Shown piece after piece: positions 1-23,727 of a stretch of DNA of 64,000 bases (its first letter is position 1; each line of letters opens with the position of its first letter). Below the pieces are notes generated by a model. It worked only from the letters and a program-made list of their open reading frames with translations, did not search any database and was not told the origin of the DNA. Source of the DNA: Styela clava. Lineage: Eukaryota. Both the position numbers and the translations under genes were made by a program. The stretch is from positions 3,968,001 to 4,032,000 of the forward strand of contig NC_135264.1 of assembly GCF_964204865.1 (NCBI RefSeq), in the 5' to 3' direction.

Positions 1-1321
1 TTTATGTTCAGAAAAATCAACTCAATGATAATACATTCTCCTGAGTATTTATTACAAAAATCGAATCAATTTCCAATGTGTCGAAAACAAGATTATGACA
101 TTCCAATGACTCCATGTAATATAGTGGCAATAATGAAACATTATAATGTGAACAACAAACAAAAATGTATTAAATGAAATGCGGTGACAGCTTTGGATTC
201 TCTTCAAAATATGGCCTACTATTTTTTCTGTTAGTTCCCATTTGAGGATGATCAGAAGTCAAATACGGTCTTCTTGATAGGATTTGGTATTTGTCTTTCG
301 GTTATTCGAAAGAGTTTATTTCATCGATGGCGTCTATATGTCACTTGTAAAATATGGATAACAAATATATTGAGTGAGAATGAGATTCTACAGGACTCAT
401 AACCACCAAAGTTGTATCAACCACCACTTAGTCTACTGAATAGTTTAAATTTCCGCAAATACTGTCTGATCCAGATTGTTTCACTCCCAGATCCATCTAT
501 TTTGTCAACATATAGATAATACTGATGTTCTCAAACTACTGCTTTGGTTTTAGTTTTTTCGTGGTTTTTCACTAATTTTCGGAGATAAACATGATCTCCA
601 ACTTGAAGAGGTGGTAGTAGGACATTCTACCATGCTCTAATTCTTGCTGTCTGCCATGTCTTCGGGCGAAATTTTTTTCATGATGATCATTTATTTTCAC
701 TACTTTCTTTTGCTTCTAGTGATGATTTGACACCGCCAACATTGTACTAACAGCAAACTTTGTTGTTTTGCCCTGTTCCTTTTGAGCTATGAACTTGAAA
801 GTTTCATCAGGATTGTCAGTCTTATTATCCTCCACGATTTCATCTTAGCAATTCCTCAAACTAGGTTATCTTTGATTCTGAATTACATCAGTCTCAATTT
901 TGTAATGGGTGATTCCACATACTTAGTTTAATTAATATATATTACATACAGTAGGCTTTTTGTAGAAATGATGACTCCGTATCATACACAATAACACCAT
1001 TATTTCTACAAAGCCATCTCAAATTTACAGAATTGCTGATAATTTGAGCCATGTCTCATTTCAACTTGACATGCATCCCAAGGTTTAATGGTACTATTTT
1101 CAGTAACAAGGATTTTTTTAATATTCTTGCGAAACAATTTCTGAATAATTAGTGACATTCATATCATTTGAAATTAAATTATCATTTACTTACCGGTATG
1201 TACACTTTGCTATAATAAATTGGGTTTTTATTGAAACATTGAAAAGCATGCTAATTTGTGAACAGAAATTTAGAATCCCATTTCAGCCCAAAGTTATAAT
1301 AAACTTCAATTTTTTTTTCAG

Positions 1322-4300
1322 GAAATTTCTAAAGGAATAAATAATAGCAAAATCAACAGACCTATAGCATCAGATTTATTAGGAGGTTCAAATCCACCAG
1401 GTTTAATATCTCCTGTCTCTCAGAACAAACAACAACAATCAAATCAATTGATAAACAATTCATCGAGTTCTACAGGTTTTTCAGATGGATTTGCAGATTT
1501 TGATTCTGCCTTTGGTGGATTTTCACCACCGGCTGGTATGTACATTTTTTAATTGGGCATGGTTCACCATATGATTAAGTCGTCTCATCGACCTTCCTCA
1601 CCTTGGAATAAATATGTAAATCTTATCCTTATAATAATTTAAACTGTGGAGTTATGCTGGTCAGTTGCAATGGTCACTGTTTCCAACTTCTAACATTTTT
1701 AAACGATTTGTTGGGTTCCGAATTCTAATATGACTTTTCTTTTGCATAGCTTCATCTGCAAGCACTCAAAATGCTTTTCCGGCATTCAATCAAGTCAATA
1801 CGCAGCCAATTGCATTTACCAACAATGCAACAGGAAATTCTACAAATTTAATGTCAAGTACTGAACCTACGAAAAACAGTTCTGTTGATAAATACGCAGC
1901 ACTTGCTGACTTAGATCTTGTTTTTGGAGCTCAACCGCTCCCACAAGCTACAGAAAAGTAAGAATTTTATTCTACTGTGGGGTAGTTGTATTTGTATGTT
2001 CCATGGACTATTCAATAACTTGATGTTATTCTTATCAATCAATGTAATGAGACTATAGGCTAATTAAAAATCTGCCGAACAAATACAGGCCAGCCAAAAT
2101 TATTTACCGGTAAGTTATATTGTCAAATGTTTATAATTCTGAATCAGAATAGTGTGCTGATAATTTATTAAAAAGATGCAGTTTGACAAAGCTTTAGAAT
2201 TTAGAACAAAATTAGAGAAAACTGGAAATTGTATTTAAAAGTTTCTTTAAAGTTGGCCAAAAAGACCAGCAAAAACATCATAATAAAGTATTACTTTATG
2301 AAAATTTCCAGATGGCAAAAAATAGATAAGTTTTTATAGAAATACCTTCAACACAAACTACTAACTATTAAAATATTTCTAGATGATATCAAGGCTCATG
2401 TTTGATAATTTACTTTATTCATGTATTTATCTATTTAGGTGCTATTTGTTCAATGAAAATTTTGTTCGGCTTTTTTGCCTAATTTCAGTATTTTATATTT
2501 TGCCACCAATGACTAATCTTTGCAGCACTTATCATAATTATCAAGCAAACTCAAATATAAGCCAATGATGTTATGTTTTAGTTAAACTGTTACATTTTTA
2601 TCATATCAGACCTACTGATTTCATGTGGTCATCGCCGGTGAAGCCAGTTCAGCAAACTACTAACAACATAATGATGCAGCAACAACCCACACAACAAAGC
2701 CTTTTTGGTGTGTCAGCTCAACCACAGCAGCAACAAAATAATCTATTTGGTTCATCGCCCATGAGTAATGGTACGTTTATTTTTATGTTGTTGCTAATGT
2801 ATGTTATGCCAACTTTGTGTGAGCTTGAATATCTTGCTTATGAATAGGTTGCCAAGATATTACTCATTACTAAATACATGGTTGGATGATTGGTCAATAT
2901 TATTAATAGATTATGGTTCACTTATTCAAATTGCAATCTTTACTGATTTATACCTGTTATCACAGCACGTAGGATTATAACTCAAATTTTATTTGTGATT
3001 CAGATTCTAAAATTACTTATAATTATTGCTTGAATTTTGTAATTCTGCGCCAATAAATCTGGCTTAATTTAAATGCTTGGTATTTCACTCCTGGTTACTC
3101 CACATGGCTTTGAACCCAGTGAGGAATAATTATGTGCTAGGTATTTGCCCATCGGGGTTCATGTAATCAACTTAACCATTGGCCAGTTTCGGCTTCCTCT
3201 GTCACCATCTACATGCCAGTCTGGAATAACTGGTGGGGTACTCACTAAGTATGTGAACCAAGATGGTGGACACCAGATCGTAGTATGTGTACCAGGTTAG
3301 GGTTAGGTCAGACTCATAATTTTATTCCTATTTTTCTTATTTTAGTTCTATTACGAGTTCGGGGACTAGCCAACCACTCCCATAGTATTTGTATCTGAAA
3401 TTACGGCCTAACCCTAATCTGGTACACATACTACATTCCGGTGTCCGCCATCTTGGCTCACATTCTTCGGGAGTAATACTCGTGGAACATAGAATCGTAA
3501 TCGGGCAAAAGGTTGTGGTTCGCCGTATAATTAAATTGTCCCATCAATTTTTTTTCCGGGACGCTGGGCTAAATATGAAAACCCCACTTTATCAAATTTT
3601 AATTTTACCCAAAAATTAACTGTGAAGAAAATTTTACAGTTCTTCGAATTTGTTAACAATTTTCAGTGAACGCACAACCAACATCACAATCTTCATGGAT
3701 GACGACGCCTGCGGCTCCTGCTGCAGTTCCAGCTCAGACTTTCCCATCATCTTCAGCTAGCAATAATTGGAATCCATGGAACGCGTCATTTCAACAGCAA
3801 CCGCAGCAACAAGCTTCTGCCCCAGTTACAAGTAATCCATTTTTTAATCCAACTCCAGTGACAAATTCCCAAGTTGCGTCATCTGGGAATGAATATGGGG
3901 GATGGATACAACCGCAAACTCAAATGCAGAATATGACAGCAAATACAGCAGGCATGTCATCAACAAATCCTTTTGCAGTAAGTATAGTATTTATAATATA
4001 TTTTATAATCTTTCTCTATTTTGTTTCTTTTCCCCACAAATCTTCTTCAAAAGGTAACTATGCTTATTTTACCATCTGTAAAGCGTTTCTGACCCTAAAA
4101 CACTCCAAGCTCCAAGTGAAAAAGTCTTTAGAATATTCGAACTTTTTGTTGAAATTTTTTTGTTAGCTTCATGCTCCTTTAGTTTCTGTCTAAAGTTTTG
4201 ACTTGTACCAGACTTTATAGCAGAGCACAAGAATTTTAAACATACAGAAGTTTATTTATGTATGATTATTTATTGATTTTCACCTATCTTTATTCTTTAC

Positions 4301-4711
4301 TACACGTTTCAAATCTTCATCCTATGGATTCAAACCCAATTCTTCAAATTTGAAGATCATTAATGAGATATTTTAATTACTCTTATTATAGGACAAATTT
4401 TTTTTAAAAGACCCATTTATTTATGTGTACCTCCACTATTTTGCTCAATAATTATTTTGAACTCGAAAAGAATGAAATTGAGATCATCAAAATACTGGGG
4501 CCTCTGTATTTCTTTCTTGTATTTCTGGATCTAATGGCAAAAGCTTGAATTGTTTTTAAATTGTAATATTTGAATATTTTGATATTACCAATTTGTATGA
4601 TCATTTTTTCAGATGGGAGGTGCACCACCTGCGCAGCCTTCATTCTATCAACAGCAACCTCTAAATATGCAGCCAACAGTCAATAATCCAAGTAATCCTT
4701 TCATGTTTTGA
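1322..4711 (+). CDS. AGFG1: Arf-GAP domain and FG repeat-containing protein (HRB/drongo-like), 3' part; the ArfGAP domain lies upstream of the window
   Basis: Phase-consistent GT-AG exons 1322-1535, 1750-1957, 2610-2770, 3667-3977 and 4613-4711 (993 nt, ending TGA). The translation contains DGFADFDSAFGG, the family motif VDKYAALADLDLVFG, FG dipeptides, Q/S/N-rich low complexity and NPF motifs (SNPFF, TNPFA, C-terminal SNPFMF*). Confidence 0.85.
1555..1630 (+). mobile_element. 3' fragment of the tRNA-derived SINE family
   Basis: ggttcaccatatgattaag...aaatatgtaaatc resembles the 3' parts of the SINE copies at ~3515-3590 and ~30195-30230 (ggttcgccatgtgatt on the minus strand). Confidence 0.4.
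3060..3590 (+). mobile_element. Degenerate SINE copy in an AGFG1 intron, split by a MITE
   Basis: Shares ataattatgtg, cggcttcctc, catgc and gtggttcgcc blocks, in the same order, with the SINE at 30195-30455. Ends are approximate. Confidence 0.5.
3241..3473. mobile_element. Palindromic MITE with ~65-bp terminal inverted repeats containing TTAGGG units
   Basis: Left arm aagtatgtgaaccaagatggtggacaccagatcgtagtatgtgtaccaggttagggttagg is the near reverse complement of right arm cctaaccctaatctggtacacatactacattccggtgtccgccatcttggctcacattctt. TA lies on both flanks (3239-3240 and 3474-3475). Confidence 0.8.
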
Positions 4712-6251
4712 ACAATTGGAAGAATGTTCGATCGCTTGTGAATGCCATTTTCCCAATTTCTCTGTTAGTTGTGTTTGCGGGAAAGGAGGTCACTATTTCA
4801 TTGGAATGAAGAGCTTGAACACTCCTAAAATAGTGCTATTGGAAAGTATCACAGAAAGTTTGCTGTTTGTAATTAGAGTACAAATTGAGATTTAGTTAAA
4901 TAACTGTTAGTTTCTAATCAAACTTTTCTATCGAACAGCTTAGAAAATCGTACAATAACTTAATATTAATAACAAGCATATAACTAACATACTCAAGCCT
5001 CAGATTTCATATATTATTTTTTATTGATTACCCTGATGGGGTGAACGTAGATATTATTAGGGTACTGTGAGTCTGGCGAAATTTATACATGGCTCAAAAC
5101 TCTTATCCATTTAGGCAAAAAATGTGACTTGACCTCTGACTCCAGATTTATGGAAATTTGGATTCTCAATACAAATAGTCATAACAAAAACTTAAGCATA
5201 ACCAAGCATAATTGCCTTCTACGAATGATCGCAACTTTAGGCTTTTGAATTTTTGAATTTGATTATCACCATCAGAAGTTTGAAATATAGACTCTGACAA
5301 ATTTAAAAGTTTCAAATTTGATTATGAACTCGTGGAAATACCACACGAAAAACACACGAAACTTACTAGACAATGAGCGTGATATTGAAAATCAGATTGA
5401 AACTTGAGGTAGTTACTAGTTGTTAATAGTGTTGAATATAAACAGTTGTTTGCTAAATATTTTTTGTTATTGGGAATGTAATTATATTATTTTGTCTCGT
5501 AAACTAAGTGGATATTTAGTAATATAACTACTTGAGCTGGGGTTATTGAAGTTTTCTGCTTAACAGACTGCTATACTCCTCATTGATCTTGTTCTGGACA
5601 CAAGATGTCAGGCATCTTTAGCACAATATTTATTTTACATCTTGTTAATTATTTTGGAATTCTTGAAGCCGCTGTTCCGGTGTGAAGCGTTTTGATCATC
5701 GCCATCACCATATCTGGTTCTAATGTATTTTGTTGAATGTGGTCTAGGATAAAATGTATTCTTGTTGAGTTTGTATTCCATGTAATCTTATATTGAATAT
5801 TTTGAAGCCAATTTTTAGGAAATGATATTTTGGAAGATGTTTAATATAAGAATGTACGATTATTCAAAATTGTTCATTTTCAAATTTAGTTGATTCAATT
5901 TTCACATGTCCTGGTTTAAATTTGACTTGTACACAAGCCCATTTAGGACTGTGTGGCAAGTAAGCAGATGCATAGACATTTAATTAGCAAGTTCTAGCGT
6001 GTGTAGCTATATTTGTTATGCAATGTACAATTCTCTTCCTTGTCCAGTCTGTAAGTATATTTGAGTGTGGCCAGTGATTTACAGTAATTTACAAGCCATG
6101 TTTTATGTTCTTATTACTACTTTGTAACTGTCAGATATTTGAAGAATGTGAATGTTTCTTATGGATTAATAATAATAATGTTATGCTACTATTTCTAATC
6201 GCTTTGTTATTTCATGTTTGCGCTATTTCATTATTCTATTATCCTACTCAA

Positions 6252-6257
6252 AATAAA
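6252..6257 (+). terminator. Candidate AATAAA polyadenylation signal closing a ~1.5-kb AGFG1 3' UTR
   Basis: AATAAA follows a long T-rich UTR-like tract after the 4711 stop and precedes an A-run near 6273. Position is inferred, with no transcript evidence. Confidence 0.4.
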
Positions 6258-6524
6258 GTTTATGTCAAAAGTAAAAAAAAAATTCAATTTACCCAAGCCG
6301 TACTCATTGTGCACTCTTTATCAATATTCGCTGGCTTGAGGTGTGGGGAAACAAATAACAACATACCTCATACTTAGTGTATATTATCTTACAGTTATCT
6401 ATTCTTCTTTACTGTGTGGCACGGAAACAATGATGAATCATCTATTCATTCGTAACGTGATAACGAGATATGCATAATGGCCATTGTTGTCGCACTGTTA
6501 AATTATATCGGAGTCGAAAAAATG

Positions 6525-7240
6525 AATCGAATGATGAACCACGGCTTTTTGCCCGGATTTCATGTCTGATATGGGAATAGTTGGCAAGCTTGTTTCAGAT
6601 GCATGGGAATAATGGTGGAGTAAATCTAGTGTTGCCAACTATGAAAAGTTTCCATAAAGGACATAGATTACCGTCATCGTGTATTTTGTAACTTGAAGGA
6701 AAGGACAATATAAAACAATGAAAAATATATCTATACAAGCTAAAATGATATATTAAAACAATCATCATGTGTTTATCATTTAATGTTTATTTAACATTGA
6801 CCCAAGCAATGTTAAAAAAGTTGTTAGTTCTTTGGCTATTTGAGCCGGGCCAAAGCGAAATTAAAAGAAATAATTAAAAGCTTGCAGATACATAAACGAA
6901 GGCGATTTTTTAAGAACGGAACAATATCAAACGCACTACTATAACTATCCGGCCAAATTACGTTGGAAAGAAAGGACAATTAGCATCTTTTCTGAATGCT
7001 AAAAAGGACAAAAAAAGCTTAATTAAAGGATTGTCTATTGAAATAAAGGACGGTTGGCAACCCTAAGTAAATCGCAACCGAACAGCGGGTACGTGAACCG
7101 CTTTACGGCGGTCCAGCACTGCCTTCGTACATAATTATATCAATCGGGATTCGAGCCTGGGAGTTCACTCCGGGTAATTGCGGGTTCGATAGCCAGCGTG
7201 TTCCTAAGAGTCTGAGCAATGCGCCAAACGCGGAGCCATA
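6525..7240 (-). mobile_element. tRNA-derived SINE, interrupted by a hAT-type MITE
   Basis: The minus strand reads ...aattacccggagtg...ggctcgaatcccgattgatataattatgt...gctggac...cggttgcgatttact|ccacc...catgcatctgaaa...gccgtggttc. This is collinear with the copy at 30195-30455 and has a B-box-like GGCTCGAATCCC. Confidence 0.65.
6627..7065. mobile_element. Non-autonomous hAT-type MITE
   Basis: TIRs tagtgttgccaac / gttggcaacccta, a perfect 8-bp target-site duplication agtaaatc (6619-6626 and 7066-7073), and internal aaaggac repeats. Confidence 0.85.
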
Positions 7241-8505
7241 TCTTGTTTTTCTCAAGTCTGGTTGACAACGTTGACATATTTGTAAACTGAACTTGCAATC
7301 GAGCAAAAATATTTAAGAAAAAGTACAGCAAGCTTTAAACTCTAAGTAAATTATGTTGTTAGTTCACATAATGCCGCTGCTGAATTCTTCTACTTGTGAT
7401 TTATGCACCCACCCCTCAGCTATCTTGTCACATTTGCACATCGTTGCTACGGCAACGCATCGGATATTACGCGATTAATTTATGGTGGTGAGAGTGCTTT
7501 TGATGCTAGTAGTAAAAGGGTACATAATACCACAAAATAATTATACGCAAGTCTCGATGACGACGGTCCATTGGTATTCTCACCAGACCATATTTGAAAA
7601 AATACTACACCCCTTCCCCGCCCTGCCTACCCAAAAATGAACAGTGGCAGTTTACTAACATACTAGAGGATGTATTTAATCTACTTTATTGTATCTATTT
7701 AATGTATCTACTTTTAGCAAATAAACAAAATAAACTCGAGTTCACATACTTCTTGAAATAAAATTTCTACCTCGTAACGATAAGATTCTATTATACGTTG
7801 TTTTTCTGCCCCTGCTAAAACATCTCTTTCTCCAAACCAGTCGTGTCGCTAATGAAAGGATTTTGATTTGCCTGTCCATCATACGAACCCCTGCGGTCCG
7901 AATTACCCCGACCTGCTACATCAGGTTAAATTTGCTATTTATTGAAAAGAGAAAAAGAACATGATATAAATGAAATAATATGGAACGAAATGATATCGAA
8001 AAAAGATTAATAAAACTAATATGCAACAATAAAACAGTAAATTAGTGTTTAATAAATAAGGTAAAATCATAAACGTGATAGTGGATATCGATTGGCAATA
8101 AGTCTCTGGTTTGGGCAGCCATGTGCTGCAAACTGATTACGCATCAACGCGTGATCTATGTATTTCATCAAGAAATATACATGTGAGTTTCTGTTGCTAT
8201 TTCAGATTTAACCTTCGTTAGGTAAACTAGTCAGTGGAGCCGTCTCCCGATGATGTTGGAGTATTGTCTTCAATCCAGCCTTCTGACTTTCCTGCAAAAA
8301 TATAACCGAAAAATGTAACCATAGCGATAAAGTTAAGTGAAGTAGGTTTTTAACTAAATTCGCCCAGAATGATAACCACCAAATATTAACCACAGTTATA
8401 TACTGATGAGAGATGATATATGAATACTTTTCTTTAATGTTGCCAGTTAACTGCTTTACAGAAACAGCTTGATATTTTAAATCAAGAGGATTGTGAAATG
8501 CATAA

Positions 8506-19021
<10,516 letters not shown>

Positions 19022-19974
19022 GTTTATGTGTTATGATTCCTATATGAATGCAGTTTTTAATCGTTTATTTATCAGACAAGTCTACATATTCAATACCTGA
19101 CAATAAATCATATAGAAATATTATACCGAGGAAGTTTGCAATTAAAATTCTCATACTCAGGAAAGTAATTATGCGAACCAATCGACAGGAATAACGAATA
19201 ATGAACGTCTGCAGCAAGATTTCGGAAGACGAATCTCTGACGAATGTTTGAGTGCAAAAGAGGGAAATTTATTGACCTTAATCTATACCGCGCTTTTGCC
19301 ATCAGTGTAAAAGTTATTCACGCAAAATACTAGGTGATGACAAGGGCGACCATCAATGGTTGTATCACCCACTTTTAGGTTTCAAGCAAACGGTGGTCAA
19401 TTCTTGATAACACTGAAATATAAACTTTAAATTCGGAACCATTTCGCATGAGTTATCTGTTTCAATTTTGATATCCTCTCATATTCTGCGAATGATGCAC
19501 AATATAATGTTGTTCATTCAACATCTAACTTCTGTCTATTTTTTATCAGAATGCATGACAGTTCTTGATATATATAAATATATATAGTCAACTGAGTCTA
19601 AGAAAAAGTTTTGTGGTGGCCATACCTGATACAGAGCAATTTCGAACTAGCTGAACAGGCTAAACTGACACCATGAGTGTTGTTAGTTAATCTGTTTCTG
19701 GTGCTATATTCATAACCTCATTTGTCTCCGCTGATTACATATGTGAGATGCCTGTAACTAGAAAGCAACAATATTAAGGCTTAATGCACCCGAGGCAAAA
19801 TAGCAGCAAGATTAACCTTATAATCATTGCAACAAAACGTGACTTGTGTGTCGTTTTCCACATTAAGACAAAATAATGATCGACTGGAAACTGTGGCAAG
19901 ACATTGTTTCTTTTTTTTTCTAATTTAAGCAATTATCTTATTTCAACAGTCTGGATAAATCTAACCCATTACGG

Positions 19975-20207
19975 TATTTGTATTTTATAGTCTATTCAAG
20001 CTTGGGACTACTAAATAATTGAACTTCATATTTGAAATTTCTCTGTCTTTCGTGGAAATATGAGGTAAATAGTGAAAAAACTAGTCGAGGTGTCTATTTG
20101 TATTTTATAGTCTATTCAAGCTTGGGACTATTAATTAAACTTCATATTTGAAATTTCTCTGTTTTTCGTGGAAATGTGAGGTAAATAGTGAAAAAACTAG
20201 TCGAGGT
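19975..20207. repeat. Local tandem duplication of a ~120-bp unit
   Basis: tatttgtattttatagtctattcaagcttgggacta...gaaaaaactagtcgaggt occurs at ~19975-20090 and again at ~20095-20207 with few differences. Confidence 0.85.
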
Positions 20208-21859
20208 TTCTCGAATCTTGCTATTTTTTGATCGCATCGAATAAAAGACGAAATATTTGATGCACGTGTATAAATACTTGATTGATTAAAATAAATGATT
20301 AGCCATTCTGATTGAGTAGGCCGACTCAAAAGTATTTACTGTATTTAGTAGATATCGTTTTTATTTCTTGCGATTAAATGTCGTTTTTGTATAATAGAAT
20401 AAAAGACCCATATTTACCCCATCAATGTCCACAATTTTAATTCAAGAGTGACTGTAACCTTCTAATTCGTCAGATCTGATTTGAACTAGTTGCGAATTTC
20501 ACCATGATACCCCCCTCCCCCCCCCCCATATTGTGAAATTTACAAAATCCAGAATTTGGACTTATCCTTGTAAAATATATCTCTAGAAGGTACATAGCTG
20601 CAATTAGACTCACAAGACCGCTCTTCAAAATACCATTGGTCCAGCTTTTGTCCGCGTTCCGGAAATCAGCATCTAGTTCTGCCTGTGTATTTTCATTTCA
20701 GCGGTCGCGTGCGGTGCGAATAAACTGAAACCGAGTTTCATCGAAAGCCCAATCTCACATTGCGGTCTCGTTTTATTATATCAAGTATTGCCGATACCAA
20801 AAAAACAAGATACAATGAACTCTGAGGAACTCATCTGACAAATTATCATTGTAATTGATGTTTTATTGCCAAGCAATACACTTGCCTCGTCTATATATAT
20901 AACTACTCATTCTAGCCTCCCCAATTATAATAATATCAGTATCATATTACTGTAAAATTCAGTGAAATATGTATAACATTACACTTCGGCGATTGTGATA
21001 TTCTGAAATTACTTGTTGACTATAACTTAAACACTTAATTAATACATATATATACAAGGTAAATGAGGATTTCTCATGACAGAACAACGGTCTGAATAGT
21101 TGTCGATACAGCAAGCTGCTCAGCGCTCGTCTAAACGCATCGCGTTAGCCGACCTATTTCCTACGAGCGTGGTCTGAGCTCATCGAATGAAAGAGTCATA
21201 CTTCGTGTGGGAAATGACGTGCGTCGGAAATATGAACGTGCTTACTGAGTATGACATATTCTGTCCCTAATGGTGCTGTGCTCATCCGATCAGTGAGTAC
21301 CAAATCGATGTTCACTACCACTAGCTCCTGCTACATATCTGTGATCTGTTATTTCGTCCATACCAAAAATAAGTCATACAGTATAAAAACATTACTAATG
21401 GACGTATAGGGAAGTAACCAGAATTGATCGATATGCATACTACGGGGCAGTACAATCAATCACTTTAATAAATTTATTTGACGTTTGTCTTTAGATAGGT
21501 TTTCATACTAAAGCGTACTGAAATTGAATTTTGGGTGTGCTACTTTTTGTTGAAGCAGGGAAGAAAATAGTCTCAATAAAATATATCACTCTGACATACA
21601 TCTAATATTAAATATTAAGGTTTACAGCACTGCAGCTCACATGACTTCTGTTCAGATACTGAGAAAAATTAGTGAAACTTGTGTAAATCAGTGCTTATGA
21701 AACGTCTTTACCCTGGTGCGATTTATTTTGCAACTTGTTTTCTATATCGTAAACACTTTCATGACATGTAAAATATAATCTTTCTCAGTACCGATACTCT
21801 ACCGTAGTCTTTCCGACTACGACTGACTACTAAGTCGCAACGAAAGTGGAACCGTCACA

Positions 21860-22015
21860 AAGCGCACAATTTTTAATTTTGATGACGTCATTACACACAC
21901 TCGCGATAGGCACAATCTTTAACCACTGAAAAAACAACTGGTCCAGTGGGTAAAGAGAAAAGTACAACAACAAAATGATAACGAAACAATCCATAGGTCC
22001 ATTTCGTGTCCAATA
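21860..22015 (+). repeat. Short dispersed repeat, related to ~48705-48800 and ~55131-55226
   Basis: Shared gcaca(a/g)tttttaattttgatgacgtca...aatcttta core. Confidence 0.4.
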
Positions 22016-23097
22016 ACTGTGTTATTTTCATAATAGATATTGCTAACGAAATTCCAAGTTTTAATAAATGAAGGTTAAGTATTTGGAAGTTTCAACGCTG
22101 CTTCTCAAATATATTTGCCAGTTGTTATTGTTTTCAAGCAATGCGGTTAAGCCTCCGAGATCGTGAACTGGTTCACAATATGAGGTATTAAATAACGCGG
22201 AAATTCAGGAAATACCAACTGATGACTAGAAAATTGTTTCTGTTCTACAAAACTGTAACTCAATGGAAAGGCTTGCTGATCTTGCAGTTCAGAGTTGCGA
22301 CATGAACATGATGAACAAATGTCAGATAGTTTTTATATTTACATATATATGTGTTTTACGGTTGCCATCGGGTTATGTGTAAGATTACAAACTTCTAGAA
22401 CAATACTATACTATGAGATTCCATGAGAAATAAGTGGAACCACTTTAAACAGCCACTGATCTATCAGCACGGTGATGGCAAATATTAATAATTATGCAAG
22501 TAATCTTAAGCCTTTAAACTCGCATAATTTATGCGAAGACTGGTTATAGCGCAATAGCAGAAAATCCTGATTAGGTATGCCTGATGTTTTGTGAAGAGAC
22601 GCAATTCAGATTAGTTGTATCTAAACGTTAAATAAACTGTTATGAGATGAAATGGGTTGTGAGAATTTCCCCCAAACTCTATATTGTCTGTTCCTCTTAT
22701 AGAATTGAGCAATTCATGACACTGACGAAAAGCAGGACTTTACCTAAACGTTTGTTTCGGTTTGGTATATGCAGACTTGAAATCTTCCCTGTTGTTAGCT
22801 GTTTGCTGGTCTCTTGTAAAAACCTACAACCAGATGTTCATACGGACGCCGAAATATTCGGAATCGTATATATATACTGGTAATATAATATAAGTCCACT
22901 GCATGCACAGGACTGGGATTTCAGTCAGTAATATATAAATATGTGTTAATTCCTATCTCTATCAGTTTGGCAGACCAGTACCACATCGACTCGAGATGGA
23001 AAAAACAAACAAATTCAAATTTAAGGCTACAAATAGTATAAACAAAAGTTTTTTCAACTCTAGCGCTGAACAAAACGTCAAATACTAATACTACTAA

Positions 23098-23727
23098 TAG
23101 GGGAAGGTGGGGTACGTTGGGACATGGGGCACAGGGAAAAACAGCTCTCACACTGATACTATATACGCAATCCTGTCCGCTGTTTGATACAATAAGTGCT
23201 TAGAGACCTAGAGATGCGTTATATTTTGTGCAATATTATGGTTTCTTTCGACCCATGGCCCAATATGGAATATATTCGAAAATCAATAATATTTCCAGAT
23301 TTAGATTCGAGGAAGGAAATACTCAAATTTGTTTGTGAAATTTTCTGTCAAAATATATGACCTATTTCAGTTGAACATTGGTTTTGAAAATATTAAATCT
23401 TCAAATTTGAAGTCTTCCTGTTCTTTAGACGAGTATGCTGATTGATTGCTCATGTTTAGGGGCATACTTCGTTGAATTTTTGACACACTGACCCATTGTG
23501 CTCCAGGGTCTGTCCGAATGTGCCCCACAAGTGGGGTACAGTGGGACACTTGACAGAGGTTTTTCAAAGCATTTTGGTAGTAAGATGTGAGTCGCACGGG
23601 AATTTCTTAGTCGCTGAATAAAAACTACATTCACCCCTCTATGCATTAGTCCCGCAAACTTGAGTGAATATGCAGAATTAACGGCTCAAAATATGCAAAA
23701 GAAAAAAAGTGTCCCAACCTTCCCCTA
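23098..23727. mobile_element. Non-autonomous DNA transposon (MITE)
   Basis: Termini taggggaaggtggggtacgttgggaca / tgtcccaaccttccccta. The gtggggtac...tgggacac motif recurs internally near 23530. TA at both ends, within a (tac)n context. Confidence 0.6.

Noticed and set aside
230-930. Antisense intronic stretch with a peptide LPPLQVGDHVYLRKLVKNHEKLKPK, reminiscent of a Gypsy integrase C-terminus
   Set aside because: The match is short and bounded by stops, with no other integrase, RT or LTR feature nearby. It could be chance.
7103-7331. Two overlapping minus-strand ORFs of 63-67 aa
   Set aside because: They lie mostly within the SINE copy and have no protein-like features.
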